DNA from: Phycisphaerae bacterium
GTDB lineage: Bacteria; Planctomycetota; Phycisphaerae; Phycisphaerales; SM1A02
DNA: 64,000 nucleotides
Assembly (NCBI GenBank): GCA_002722935.1
Contig: PBMX01000010.1
Span: 2,169-66,168 of the forward strand
Direction of reading: 5' to 3'
Shown one piece after another: positions 8,608 to 19,007 of this stretch (position 1 is its first letter; every line of letters begins with the position of its first letter). Position numbers and translations under genes: made by a program. The notes under the pieces were generated by a model. That model saw nothing but the letters and a program-made list of their open reading frames with translations. It had not been told where the DNA came from and made no database searches.

Positions 8608-9990
8608 ATGGATCGAATCCAGATCTATCTCGACATCGTTCCGTTGCCGGTTGCGGTGGCCGGGGCGTTCTTCGCGGTCTTCGCCTTCTTCGCCATCCCG
8701 AGCCGGTACAGGCTTTCTGTCGCCCTGACCATCATGCCCATCTGGCTGACCATGTCCCGCCTGCCCGAGTTCGAGATCCAGTGGCTTCCGCCCGCCGCGA
8801 AGATCACGAGCATCATGGGCTATTCGTTCGTCGGCCTGGGAGCCATGTTGCACCCGGGGCCGAGGCGAACCCTTCCGCGGTACGTGTGGCTCTACCTCGT
8901 CATGGCGGTGATCGCCTTCCTGTTCGTGCTCAGGGTCGATGATCGAACGGTCGCATTGATTCTTCGACTGCAATGGCTGACGCTGGTCTTCGCGGCCCTC
9001 ATGCTCGCCCGCACGATCGTCACGACCCAGGACCTGATGCGCATCGTCAATGCACTCGCCTTCGGCTGTTTCCTGGCCTTGGCGCTGCCCCTGTCTGCAC
9101 TGATTCTCTTCCCCGGCGAATCCTTCCTGAAGGGTGGCAACAGGTTCGAGCCCTACGGTGTGAACTCGAACCAGATCGGGATGCTCTTCGCGCTGGCGTT
9201 GCCGTTGCTCGCGTACAAGGGTTTGACCGCCCGCAGGGTCGTCTTCAAGCCGATCCTTCTTGGAGCCGCCGGCATCACCGTTGGAATGGCGTTGCTCACA
9301 GGTTCACGACAGACGCTGCTCGCGATCCTCATGGTTTCAATACCACTGGTCTTCAAGTTCTCGAAGAGACCGGTGATCACGATCGTTGGACTGGCGATCG
9401 GCGCATTCGCAGTCTCGTACGTCATGGGCATGGCGGATGCGACGGCGGTGGAACGACTGAGCGATCTTGAATCGGAACGAATCTACATCTGGGAAGCGTA
9501 TATCCGGGATGTCTTCGCCCAGCGGCCCCTGTTCGGGCTCCTGGGAGTGAGTGGTGAGGAAGCATTCAAGAGCAGCGTCGTCGGCATGCATCCGCACAGC
9601 GCGTATTTCAACATGATGTACATGGGTGGACTCGTCTACACGGTGCCGATGCTCTGGCTCCTGTGGAAGTCGGTCAAGTCGACGAAAACAGTCTGGCAGG
9701 CACGTACGATGCTCGGCACGGATCCACTGCTCATCTCGATCCTGGCCACGCTGCTCCTGGCGATGTACGTACAGGGACTCTTCAACCAGGTGGTCTACTG
9801 GCCCACCTATGCATGGTCCTTCCTGCACGTCATCCTCGCGAGTTTCTTCATGTCGGTGGCGCACGACCTGGAGGTCGAGGACCCGGCCTGGGTCCTGCCC
9901 GATGAAGAGGCGGAATACGATCCCGGCGACTGGTACGACGAGGACGAGGAGGTCGACCCCGGGATGCTGCCGGAAGGTCAACTGGCCTGA
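8608..9990 (+). CDS. O-antigen ligase / Wzy-like polytopic membrane protein
   Basis: 460 aa with at least 10 hydrophobic spans. The LLTGSRQTLLAILMV region is typical of the Wzy_C / O-antigen ligase family. Acidic C-terminal tail. Confidence 0.65.
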   Translation: MDRIQIYLDIVPLPVAVAGAFFAVFAFFAIPSRYRLSVALTIMPIWLTMSRLPEFEIQWLPPAAKITSIMGYSFVGLGAMLHPGPRRTLPRYVWLYLVMAVIAFLFVLRVDDRTVALILRLQWLTLVFAALMLARTIVTTQDLMRIVNALAFGCFLALALPLSALILFPGESFLKGGNRFEPYGVNSNQIGMLFALALPLLAYKGLTARRVVFKPILLGAAGITVGMALLTGSRQTLLAILMVSIPLVFKFSKRPVITIVGLAIGAFAVSYVMGMADATAVERLSDLESERIYIWEAYIRDVFAQRPLFGLLGVSGEEAFKSSVVGMHPHSAYFNMMYMGGLVYTVPMLWLLWKSVKSTKTVWQARTMLGTDPLLISILATLLLAMYVQGLFNQVVYWPTYAWSFLHVILASFFMSVAHDLEVEDPAWVLPDEEAEYDPGDWYDEDEEVDPGMLPEGQLA

Positions 9991-11672
9991 GTGTCCCGCC
10001 TCAGCCATTGCCCCAGGAGCCTGAGTGCACGACGTCGCTCTGGCGCTTCCAGGCCGAAGAGCAATCCGAGGATGCCGTAGGCCGCTGCAAACATGACAGA
10101 GGCTGCCAGCAGGAGAGGCCACTCTCCTTCCCCGGGCGGGAAGTCGATCGCCAGGTAGACCAGCGAGGCGACGATTGAAATCACCAGCGGCCTGCCCAGT
10201 AGACCCAGGAGTCGCGACCAGGTGGTACCGAATCTCGGCGCCGCGATCGCAGGCAGCAGCAGGAGGTGAACCACGAGGAAGGCGAGACTGAATCCCCACG
10301 CCGGGCCGGTCCAGTTCTCGATCCAGATGATCTGTCCCGAGTCGGCCTCGTTCGAGGCGGGGAAGTTGTAGATGAACAGGAAGGCCATCAGCGGGTTGGC
10401 GATCCCGCCGGCGAGGATGAGCGGCGCATATCGCTTGATGTGTCCGGCCCCGTAGAGAAGTTTCATCCAGCCATCGGCGATCGCCCGGCTCATGAGACCG
10501 ATGACCATGATTCGAACGAGCACGACCGTGTGCTGCAGGAAGTCCGCATCTTCGTTCTGCAGTTCACTGCCGACCCAGGTCTGGAGAATCGGTTCGGCGA
10601 GAATGAAGATCGTAAGTGCGCAGGGTATGGCGACGTACCCATGCAACCGCGTCGAATGCCTGGCGATCGAACGAAGCGTGTCGTCCATCTTCGTCGAGGC
10701 GATCCGTGCACTGACCGCATCGAGACCGAACGTCATGCCCAGGGTGCACATCCGGACGTAGCTGACCAGCCTCAGGGCGAGTCCGAACATGGCGCTGCCC
10801 TGGAGACCGAAAACCCCGAGCATGATCCAGGCGCCGATCCGTTCATGCAGGTTCATGGCCGTGACGACGGTGCTGTTCCAGCCGAAGGTTCCGAGTACTT
10901 CCCGGAATGCGCCGACATCCGCCATTCGGAGCTTCGGCCGCAGCCTTGCATCAAGCAGCATGATCCGGCTGACGGCGAAGAGGAGCAGGCAGAGCGACAT
11001 GCCTGCGGCGCAGACGCCGTAGAGCTTCAGGCTCAGTTCGACCTGGTCCGTTCCGAGGACGATGAACAGGACGACCGCCGAGACCAGGTAGGTCAGCCGT
11101 TTCAACGTGAAGTAGAGATTGCTCTCGAAGAAACGCTCGGTGACGATGTACATGTTGTAGGCGGGGGTCAGCAGCACCAGCATGGTGATGGACACGCCTT
11201 CGCATGCAAGGATCCAGAGACCCCCGGTCCGGAAGGCCGGTGGAATCTCGTGGAACGGCCAGATTCCATGCTTCAGCAGGGAGAAGAAGGCGAAGAACAC
11301 GCCAGCCGTCAAGACGGCGACCAGGGCGCAGAGAATGAATGACGAGGCATACACGCGCCTGAAATGAGCAATGTCGTTCTCGGTCGCATCGTCCGCCTCT
11401 GCTGCGTGCCAGACGACGCCCAGTTCGCGGATCATGCTCTGGCGCATGACGTCCTGGAGCATGGCGGCAAGTCCCACGGATGCGCCGATGGCGACAAGGA
11501 GGCCGAATCCCTCCGGCCCGACCCACATGAACTGCACCTTCACCAGGACCAGGCCGATCAGCAGGGTCGACCCGAGGCGACCGTAGTTGCTGGCTATTCG
11601 CTTGATCCCACGGCGGGCTTCGGACATCGAGGTGTGTTCCGGTATTGCTGCTGGTTGCGGTACCTGGCTCAC
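9978..11672 (-). CDS. polysaccharide flippase-like (MOP/Wzx-type) membrane protein
   Basis: 564-aa polytopic protein with length and topology like the polysaccharide biosynthesis (Polysacc_synt) family. Converges on the Wzy-like gene with a 13-nt overlap. Alternative start at M16 (11627). Confidence 0.55.
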   Translation of the reverse strand: MSQVPQPAAIPEHTSMSEARRGIKRIASNYGRLGSTLLIGLVLVKVQFMWVGPEGFGLLVAIGASVGLAAMLQDVMRQSMIRELGVVWHAAEADDATENDIAHFRRVYASSFILCALVAVLTAGVFFAFFSLLKHGIWPFHEIPPAFRTGGLWILACEGVSITMLVLLTPAYNMYIVTERFFESNLYFTLKRLTYLVSAVVLFIVLGTDQVELSLKLYGVCAAGMSLCLLLFAVSRIMLLDARLRPKLRMADVGAFREVLGTFGWNSTVVTAMNLHERIGAWIMLGVFGLQGSAMFGLALRLVSYVRMCTLGMTFGLDAVSARIASTKMDDTLRSIARHSTRLHGYVAIPCALTIFILAEPILQTWVGSELQNEDADFLQHTVVLVRIMVIGLMSRAIADGWMKLLYGAGHIKRYAPLILAGGIANPLMAFLFIYNFPASNEADSGQIIWIENWTGPAWGFSLAFLVVHLLLLPAIAAPRFGTTWSRLLGLLGRPLVISIVASLVYLAIDFPPGEGEWPLLLAASVMFAAAYGILGLLFGLEAPERRRALRLLGQWLRRDTQAS

Positions 11673-11806
11673 ATCCTAGGCACAGAACCGCCCTTGGAGT
11701 ACACCTGGGGGACCTGTGCATCCTGGAGGACCCCATTTTTCCGAATATCGGCTTTGCGTCCATGGTGCCGGGGGTACGGTATTCCAGGAGGGATTCGGGG
11801 CGAAAC

Positions 11807-13150
11807 ATGGATCGAAAGCCACGAAATGGGTATCGATTGGTGCCGCTGGCCGTCGTGTTGGCGAGTGCTCTGTCCTTGCAGGCCCATGGAGGAGAGGGAT
11901 TGGCGTTCGAGGATCATGTCCAGTACCTCACGGGTGGAGAGAACTCCACCGGCGTGGCAGCCGCCGACATCGATGGTGATGGTGACATCGACCTCTTCTT
12001 CTCGAATCGCTGGACGCATGACGTCACGACCCTGCTGAATGACGGGCAGGGATTCTTTGTCGCGGGTCAGGCCGTTGGGGTAGGGGTGACACCCCGCTAC
12101 GTGCGGGCCGCGGATTTCAACGGGGACGATGCTCCCGATTGCACGACGCCCGACTATGACGGTTCGAGCGTCAGCATCGTGCTCAATGACGGTTCAGGAA
12201 TATTGCAATTCCACCAGAGCGTCGATGTATATCGACCCGCCGTGCTCGACATCGTCGACTTCGACTCCGACGGCGACAACGATGTGCTCGTCGCTCACTG
12301 GGACGAGGACTCGAGCCAGCCCAGCCAGGCGCTGGCGATGATGTCCGTGCTGTTCAATGACGGATCGGGCAACTTCACCGCCGGTGAACCGGCGACGATC
12401 GGTATCCAGCCCCGTGGAATGGATGTCACCGACTTCAACAATGACGGGTTGCCCGATGCCATCGTCTGCAACCTCGCATCCAACGACATGGACCTCCTGA
12501 TCAATGCCGGTGATGCCACCTTTCTCCCGACCATGATTCTCGATGCACCCCACCAGCCCAGGTACGTCACGGCAGGGGACTGGAACGACGACGGAGCGGA
12601 GGACATCGCCGTCGTGAGCAAGAGCACCGCGATCATCGAGTTCCAGCGGCACGACGGTGCACTCGGGTTCACGACGACCCAGTCGCTGGCGACGATGAGC
12701 AATCCCCACTCCTGTACGAACGTCGACCTGGACCTCGATGGCGATCTCGATGTCCTCGTATCACACGTGGGATCATTCAACGTCTCCATCTACCTCAATG
12801 ACGGGCAGGGCACCTTCGCTCCGCGGTGGAACCTGTATTCACCCAACGGGCCCGCCGAGGTCATCACGGCCGACCTCGATGGGGATGGCCTGCCCGACAT
12901 CGTCACGGCCAACACGAACAATCACACCTGCTCGGTGCATCTCAACGCATTGGACTACGAGGCGCCCTCGTGCCAGGCCGACCTCGATGGCAACGGGGCG
13001 GTCGATGTCCTCGACCTCCTGCTTGTCATCCAGAACTGGATGTCCTGCGAAGGGGGTACATGCCCACCCGGGGACATCAACGAAAGCGGGCAGATCGACA
13101 TCATCGATCTTCTGTACCTGCTCGAGGCATGGGGGGAGTGTCCTGTTTAA
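11807..13150 (+). CDS. secreted FG-GAP/VCBS-repeat (beta-propeller) protein with C-terminal dockerin-like double EF-hand
   Basis: Signal peptide MDRKPRNGYRLVPLAVVLASALSLQAHG. Repeated D-x-D/N-x-DG-x-x-D plus hydrophobic strand units. C-terminus DLDGNGAVDVLDLLLVIQNW...DINESGQIDIIDLLYLLEAWGEC. Confidence 0.75.
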   Translation: MDRKPRNGYRLVPLAVVLASALSLQAHGGEGLAFEDHVQYLTGGENSTGVAAADIDGDGDIDLFFSNRWTHDVTTLLNDGQGFFVAGQAVGVGVTPRYVRAADFNGDDAPDCTTPDYDGSSVSIVLNDGSGILQFHQSVDVYRPAVLDIVDFDSDGDNDVLVAHWDEDSSQPSQALAMMSVLFNDGSGNFTAGEPATIGIQPRGMDVTDFNNDGLPDAIVCNLASNDMDLLINAGDATFLPTMILDAPHQPRYVTAGDWNDDGAEDIAVVSKSTAIIEFQRHDGALGFTTTQSLATMSNPHSCTNVDLDLDGDLDVLVSHVGSFNVSIYLNDGQGTFAPRWNLYSPNGPAEVITADLDGDGLPDIVTANTNNHTCSVHLNALDYEAPSCQADLDGNGAVDVLDLLLVIQNWMSCEGGTCPPGDINESGQIDIIDLLYLLEAWGECPV

Positions 13151-14513
13151 TCGACTTCCAATCCTGGTGGTCCTCGTGCTCCCGGGCGTTCAGCTCGAGG
13201 CGGGCACCTGTGAACACATCGGGTTCGAGGCCCCGGCCAACTATCAGGTCGAGACCGAGGGCGATGACCTCACGTTCATCCGATGCGTCGAAACGGGCGA
13301 TCTCGATTCCGACGGAGATGTGGATGTCATCGCAAGTGACCGGTACGGGGAGGAAATCGTGATCCTGCTCAATGACGGCGAGGGGAACCTCGAGGAGTGG
13401 GGCTCCGTCTTCTCGGATGGATGTGAACGCAACAGGATCGTCATCCTGGAGGACCTCGATGGCGACGGGCTGCTCGATATCGCCTCCGCCTCCTATGCTG
13501 GAGCTGCCGTGTTCCTCAACGCCGGTTTCGATGGAGACTGGCTCGGGTTTGAACCCGTGGCGGTCTATCCATCCGGCTTCAGTCCACACTGGATCGATGC
13601 CGCCGATCTCGATCTTGATGGCGATCTCGATCTGCTCATCGCCGATTTCGGTGAAACCGACATGGAAACCGGCTGGCATGCCTTTCTCAACAACGGCGAC
13701 GGCACGTTCGCGACCGGCATCGAAACGATTCTGGGATACAACGCACGCTGCATTTCCATCAATGGAACCGATCTTGATGGCGACGGGTACCCGGAGATCA
13801 TGATCGCCGGTGCACGGCTCAACGGCGGGTTCATCCATGTATTCGACAACGCCGGCATCGACTCGAACGGCGACTGGCTTGGTTCGGACTATTCAGTGAG
13901 CATTCCGGTCACCTACGGAGCGTGCTCGATTCGCGCATTCGATCGAGAACACGACGGGGACATGGATCTCGTGGTCGCGCACAGGAGCCAGCCGGAACTG
14001 TCCTTCCTTGTGAATGACGGCTCAGGTGGCCTTGTCCTCGAGACGATGGTCGTCCAGACGAGCATCGAATTGGCGCAGCCCGTCGAGATTGATGGCGACG
14101 GCGTCACGGACATCGCGCTCGTCGTGAAGAACACGGGGCAGATGCGGCTCCTGATCAATGACGGGAGCGGCCAATTCGTGGACAGGGGGTCCACCGGTGG
14201 CGGTGTCGATCCGAAGTTCGCCGCCTTCGCCGACCTCGATTCGGATGGCGACATGGACGGCGTCATGGCCAACTCGTATCCCGGCCAGGATTACGGCTCG
14301 GTTTCGGTCCACCTGAACAACTCGGCCGTACTCGAATCCGGGTGTGAACTCGACCTGAACTGCGATGACCTCGTGAGTACTGGCGATCTCCTGATCGTCC
14401 TGGCCGACTGGGGTCCGAACCCGGACCTGCCGGGAAATGTCAATGGCGACGGCCATGTCAATGTCAACGACCTGCTCATCATCATCGGCGCATGGGGACC
14501 ATGCGACCCCTGA
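13143..14513 (+). CDS. secreted FG-GAP/VCBS-repeat protein paralogue with dockerin-like C-terminus (start unresolved)
   Basis: Same repeat architecture as the upstream gene. C-terminus GDLLIVLADWGPNPDLPGNVNGDGHVNVNDLLIIIGAWGPC. A signal-like FNRLPILVVLVLPGVQLEA follows a CTG at 13143. The nearest in-frame ATG is 13005, inside the upstream gene; a GTG lies at 13167. Confidence 0.7.
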   Translation: MFNRLPILVVLVLPGVQLEAGTCEHIGFEAPANYQVETEGDDLTFIRCVETGDLDSDGDVDVIASDRYGEEIVILLNDGEGNLEEWGSVFSDGCERNRIVILEDLDGDGLLDIASASYAGAAVFLNAGFDGDWLGFEPVAVYPSGFSPHWIDAADLDLDGDLDLLIADFGETDMETGWHAFLNNGDGTFATGIETILGYNARCISINGTDLDGDGYPEIMIAGARLNGGFIHVFDNAGIDSNGDWLGSDYSVSIPVTYGACSIRAFDREHDGDMDLVVAHRSQPELSFLVNDGSGGLVLETMVVQTSIELAQPVEIDGDGVTDIALVVKNTGQMRLLINDGSGQFVDRGSTGGGVDPKFAAFADLDSDGDMDGVMANSYPGQDYGSVSVHLNNSAVLESGCELDLNCDDLVSTGDLLIVLADWGPNPDLPGNVNGDGHVNVNDLLIIIGAWGPCDP

Positions 14514-14587
14514 CGGGTGCGTGCTGGACGGATGAACGCTCCCGAACCGATGAGTTCAGCACCCGAAGCCCGTGAGTCGACCACCCC

Positions 14588-15409
14588 ATGACGGATGATC
14601 CACGCCGACACCCACTGACGTTCCTGGTGCTTGGATGCCAGCGATGCGGCACGACCTGGCTGGATGCCGCGCTTCGTGAACATCCCCAGATCTATCTTCC
14701 TTCGCAGAAGCAGACCTATTTCTTCGATCGCCACCAGGATCGTGGAATCGACTGGTACCTTTCGCAGTTCGATGGCGTCGAAGAGGGACATGCGGCCGTC
14801 GGAGAAGTGGCCACTGGATACTGCCTGCCCGAGGTGGTTGCGGATGTCGCCGACGTATTCGGTGACGTCGACGTCCTGCTCATCGTTCGCAATCCGATCG
14901 ATCGTGTCTACAGCAACTACCAGGTTCGACGACAGGAACAGGGGTGGGGCTCGTTCGAGGAGGCCATCAAGTCCGATCCGGATCTCCTCGCTCGGAGCAG
15001 CTATGCCGACCAGCTTGAGGTCATCCTCGCCCACTGGCCTTCCGACCGTGTTCACGTCCTCTTCCAGGATGATCTCGAGCAGGACGATCGAGCCTTCCTT
15101 GCCCAGGCCCTCCGGATTCTCGGCGTGGACGAGTCGTTCGAGTCCAGCCAGTTCGGACAGGTGAGGAACTCGGCGATGTTCCCGCGAATCAGGGGAACGG
15201 CCCAGTCACTCGGCCTCCGTTCCATCCTCGGCATGCTCAGCCGGAGTCCGCTTGGAAACGCGGTCCGACGCATGCGCAAGAAGCGGTCGGGACGAGGCTA
15301 CCATTCGATGAATCCACGGACCCGAGAGGAACTCGTCGCCTACTTCAGGCCGTTGAACGAACGTCTCGCTGCCCAGACAGGTCGTGACCTGTCACATTGG
15401 AACCGATGA
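14588..15409 (+). CDS. PAPS-dependent sulfotransferase family protein
   Basis: 5'-phosphosulfate-binding-type motif LVLGCQRCGTTWL and 3'-phosphate-binding-type motif VRNPIDRVYSNY. 273 aa. Confidence 0.8.
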   Translation: MTDDPRRHPLTFLVLGCQRCGTTWLDAALREHPQIYLPSQKQTYFFDRHQDRGIDWYLSQFDGVEEGHAAVGEVATGYCLPEVVADVADVFGDVDVLLIVRNPIDRVYSNYQVRRQEQGWGSFEEAIKSDPDLLARSSYADQLEVILAHWPSDRVHVLFQDDLEQDDRAFLAQALRILGVDESFESSQFGQVRNSAMFPRIRGTAQSLGLRSILGMLSRSPLGNAVRRMRKKRSGRGYHSMNPRTREELVAYFRPLNERLAAQTGRDLSHWNR

Positions 15410-15416
15410 GGAACAC

Positions 15417-16586
15417 GTGCGAATCGGAAACTACATCTCTGTGGTGGCTGGAGAACTCGGGTACGAGCACAACGTGTCCGGGCACATCCAGGTTCCATTG
15501 GAAGGCATGAGGCGACTGAAGGAGGCAGGGCACGATGTGCACCTCGTCACGAACGAGTTCGGCGAGGATCGATCATTGCCTGCCTGCCTCGATGAAACCA
15601 TTCCGGTCCACCTGGTGAGCGATGCACGGAACCGGGGAGGCATTCTCACCCGGGACTCCGACCAGGGACGGGGCGTGAAACTCGCGGCGCTGCGTCGACA
15701 GGTCCGCCAATTGAAGGGGATCTGCCTGGAGCACGGCTTCGACGTGCTCCACCTTCACGGGTACAACCGGACAGCGCACCTGGGTGGGGGACTGAGGCTG
15801 ATGGGACTTCCCTGCCCGGTCGTCTGTACCGTCTTCGGCGGAATCTTCCCTGAACGATGCGGTCTCCTGACACGAAGACTCTGGAACAGGGTCGATGCCC
15901 TGGTGACCGCGACCCGGTTCGTGAAGCAGGAGTACGAGGCCCAGGGATTGAACGTCAGCCAGGTTCGACATGGACTCATCCGGGACCTCCGGAGTGAATA
16001 TGAAGGCACCCCGGAATCCTCGAGACGACGTGTTCTCTTCTGGCGGGACCCATCGACCGAGAACGGGGCCGATCTCGCTCTCGAGGCCTATCGTGCGCTC
16101 GCTCCACGCTACCCCGACATCGACTTCGATTTCGCGATACGTCCCTACTGGGATCCCATAGACGGAATCGACGAACTGGCGGTGGAACACGACAACGTGC
16201 ATGTCTACCGGTTTCCCTATTCCGATGGCATCACCCTTCCCGGTCTTGTCGTGAACTCCCTCTGCGTCCTCCAGCCGATGAGACAGTTGACGATCAATCC
16301 GCAACTCGTCATCGCCGAGAGCCTGGCCGCGGGCGTCGCCACCATCTCTTCCGATCTCGGATCCACCGGGGAACTGGTGCAGGACGGTGTCACCGGTCGA
16401 CTGGTGCCGGTCGGGGACGGCAAGGCATTGACCGATGCCCTCGACGGCCTCCTGGCCGATCCGGCTGCGCTTGAAGCGATGGGACACGCAGCCAGCGAGG
16501 ACATGGCCGCCCGGTGGAACTGGGAGCACTTCATCAATGACGTCATGTCCATCTACAATCGTGTCATTCCCGGGAGCGCTGCATGA
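15417..16586 (+). CDS. glycosyltransferase family 4 (GT-B, Glycos_transf_1)
   Basis: EX7E-type region IAESLAAGVATISSDLGSTGELVQDGVTGRLV. Start placed at the GTG (VRIGNY...) 8 nt after the sulfotransferase stop; the ORF track opens at 15384. Confidence 0.8.
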   Translation: MRIGNYISVVAGELGYEHNVSGHIQVPLEGMRRLKEAGHDVHLVTNEFGEDRSLPACLDETIPVHLVSDARNRGGILTRDSDQGRGVKLAALRRQVRQLKGICLEHGFDVLHLHGYNRTAHLGGGLRLMGLPCPVVCTVFGGIFPERCGLLTRRLWNRVDALVTATRFVKQEYEAQGLNVSQVRHGLIRDLRSEYEGTPESSRRRVLFWRDPSTENGADLALEAYRALAPRYPDIDFDFAIRPYWDPIDGIDELAVEHDNVHVYRFPYSDGITLPGLVVNSLCVLQPMRQLTINPQLVIAESLAAGVATISSDLGSTGELVQDGVTGRLVPVGDGKALTDALDGLLADPAALEAMGHAASEDMAARWNWEHFINDVMSIYNRVIPGSAA

Positions 16587-17725
16587 AGGTTCTTCACTGG
16601 TATCGATCGATGGATCTGGAGATGGGGGGCGTGGTCCGCGCCGTCCTGGACATCTCCGGGGCCATGGCCGACCGGGGGCATGAACAGGTCATCGCCACGT
16701 TCGAACAGGCTGAACTGGAATCGATGTGGACTTCGCACGGCGCCAACCGGTCCGTCCTCCAGTTGACTTCATCGGGCCATCGCCGTCGACCGCTCGCCGG
16801 CGAGTCCCTTCAACGCATCGAGGCCGAGATCGGGAACTGCGATGCCGTGCACCTGCATGGCGTGTGGGACCCGGCCTGTTACCAGTTGGCGGGCATCGCC
16901 GAACGTGCGGGCGTTCCATATCTGGTGAGTCCGCATGGTGTCCTCGACGACTGGTGCATGAAACAGAAGTCCTTCAAGAAACGGCTGTACCTCGCCATGG
17001 GCTGCCGTCGCATGCTCAACAAGGCGAAGGCTGTTCACTGCACCGCCGAGGGAGAACGTCAGCAGGCGACGCGCTGGTTCAACCCCGACCGCGCACGCGT
17101 CGTGCCCCTTGTCTTCGACCTTGATGAATACCTCGTCCTTCCCGGTCCCGAGGAAGCCCACGATGCCTTCCCGTCGCTCTTCGAAGGTCCCCCGGTTCTG
17201 CTCTTTCTGAGCAGGATTCATGTGAAGAAGGGGCTCGAACATCTCGTCGCTGCAGCGGCCGAACTTCATGCACGCGGTGAATCCGTCCGTGTCGCGATTG
17301 CCGGGACAGGTGACCTCGACTACGTGGAACGGCTCAAGGAGCAGGTCGCATCGTGCGGCATGGAGGAAGTCGTCCACTTCATCGGGTTCGTCTCGGGGAC
17401 CAGGAAGGTGTCCCTCTACCAGGCGTCCGACCTCTTCGTCCTGCCGACGCACCAGGAGAACTGGGGGTTCGTGCTCCTCGAGTCCCTGGCATGCCAGACG
17501 GGACTGGTAACGACCAAAAGCGTGGACATCTGGCCGGAACTGGAAGCCTCGGGGGGTGCCGTCATCGTCGAACGTTCGGCGAAGTCGCTGGCGGATGCCA
17601 TCCAGCCGCTCCTCGCGAAGCCTTCGCGGCTCGAGACGATGGGGAAGCGTGGACGCGAATGGGTCCTGGAGGAACAGGATGCCGACCGGGTCGCGGAACT
17701 CTACGTCCAGTTGTACTCGGATTGA
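16583..17725 (+). CDS. glycosyltransferase family 4
   Basis: MKVLHWYRSMDLEMGGVVRAV N-terminus, plus PTHQENWGFVLLESLACQTGLVTT (EX7E region). 4-nt overlap with the upstream GT gene. Confidence 0.8.
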   Translation: MKVLHWYRSMDLEMGGVVRAVLDISGAMADRGHEQVIATFEQAELESMWTSHGANRSVLQLTSSGHRRRPLAGESLQRIEAEIGNCDAVHLHGVWDPACYQLAGIAERAGVPYLVSPHGVLDDWCMKQKSFKKRLYLAMGCRRMLNKAKAVHCTAEGERQQATRWFNPDRARVVPLVFDLDEYLVLPGPEEAHDAFPSLFEGPPVLLFLSRIHVKKGLEHLVAAAAELHARGESVRVAIAGTGDLDYVERLKEQVASCGMEEVVHFIGFVSGTRKVSLYQASDLFVLPTHQENWGFVLLESLACQTGLVTTKSVDIWPELEASGGAVIVERSAKSLADAIQPLLAKPSRLETMGKRGREWVLEEQDADRVAELYVQLYSD

Positions 17726-17732
17726 ATCCGTG

Positions 17733-18887
17733 TCACTCGAGGCCCAGCGCCGTGTCGAGACGTGCGGCAATCGCGGGCCAGGTGTAGTGTTCGCGCACGA
17801 GTGCGGCGCCCGCGGACCCCATCCGACTTCGGGCATCCGTTGAGGAAACCACTTCATGCATGGCCTGGCCGACCGCTTCCGGGTCGAGCGGAGTCACCAG
17901 GCCTGCGCCTGCCTCGGCGACCTCGGGAAAGTGACATGCCTCGGTGATCACGACCGGTGTTCCGCAGCCCAGCGCCTCGGTGATCGCCATCGAGAATCCC
18001 TCCTGGCGACTGGGAAGGCAGAAGCAGTCGCAGTCGACGAGCGCGGCGAGCTTGTCGGTTCCGTACACCGGACCGATGCAATGGATGTTGCTGCGTGCTG
18101 AACTCGCCTCGATGATCGTATGCAGCGTCGATTCGTACCCGTCATCAGGTCCGGCGATCACGAGACGCAGTTCCGGTACGCGTGCATGGACCTGCTCGAA
18201 GGCCGAGACGAGAATGTCGAGGCCCTTCTTGTAGTGGAGCCTGCTGAGGAACAGCACGAATGGTTCGTCGTCGAGTTCCCGTCGGCTCTCCCGGAACGTG
18301 CCCCGTTCGGGAAGGGGTTCGATTTCCTCGAGGAAGATCCCGTTGGGGATCACCTCGATAGTCGCCGCTCCGACATGCGGTTTCATGCCAGCCTCCTCGT
18401 CGCGATTGAGGGCGTGGATGAAACGCGACCCCTCGAGCATGTTCTGGCCGCGGAAGGCCAGTGCGAGGCGCTTGCGCAGGCGTCCCTGGTCCATGCACCA
18501 CGGATCGAGCATTCCGTGGGGGGTGATGATCCAGTCGGTGCCGGTGCGACGCGCTTCGCGCGCGGCGTTGTGCAGGATCGGATCCCATACACCGTGGAGG
18601 TGCACCAGTTCGTATGCTTCGACGTGCTCGCGAAGCCACGTCCTCGCCTGCCTGGCTCTGACTCGTTCAATGGGACCACCTGGTTCCAGGAGGTGTACGT
18701 TTAGCAGCCCGTTTCCGGGGAGCGATGTGATCATCGAGTCGATTCGTTCCCTCGCGGAGGTTTCGGCATGCGCGAGCACATCGACATCATGTCCGCGCAT
18801 TTCCTGTGCGGCCCCGAGTCGCGTTACGACAACGGGAGGGCCGCCTTCAGCCGGGTCGAGGGAAGAGATGACGTGGAGAATGTGCAT
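17733..18887 (-). CDS. glycosyltransferase family 4
   Basis: MHILHVISSLDPAEGGPPVVV N-terminus, plus PSRQEGFSMAITEALGCGTPVVITE. Confidence 0.8.
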   Translation of the reverse strand: MHILHVISSLDPAEGGPPVVVTRLGAAQEMRGHDVDVLAHAETSARERIDSMITSLPGNGLLNVHLLEPGGPIERVRARQARTWLREHVEAYELVHLHGVWDPILHNAAREARRTGTDWIITPHGMLDPWCMDQGRLRKRLALAFRGQNMLEGSRFIHALNRDEEAGMKPHVGAATIEVIPNGIFLEEIEPLPERGTFRESRRELDDEPFVLFLSRLHYKKGLDILVSAFEQVHARVPELRLVIAGPDDGYESTLHTIIEASSARSNIHCIGPVYGTDKLAALVDCDCFCLPSRQEGFSMAITEALGCGTPVVITEACHFPEVAEAGAGLVTPLDPEAVGQAMHEVVSSTDARSRMGSAGAALVREHYTWPAIAARLDTALGLE

Positions 18888-19007
18888 TCAAGTGGCTTCA
18901 AGGTCGGTACAGGCGTAAACAGGTTGCCCTTGGGAGTCTAGGTCACTACCATCGGCTGTTTCCCGGTGTATTCATTCCAAACCAGCCCCAGCAGGAGCCC
19001 TGCCGCG

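Noticed and set aside
10266-11342. 358-aa forward ORF, and the 3826-5130, 47285-48397, 48650-49708 and 58806-59798 antisense ORFs.
   Set aside because: Each lies opposite a gene with strong family motifs (flippase-like, CPBP, purD, uvrB, putA). All have the charged, low-complexity composition of GC-rich shadow frames.
13142-13150. Programmed frameshift or readthrough fusing the two FG-GAP genes.
   Set aside because: The junction CCT GTT TAA T has no canonical slippery heptamer or prfB-like +1 context. The downstream sequence starts with its own signal-peptide-like segment, which argues for a separate gene with a non-ATG start.
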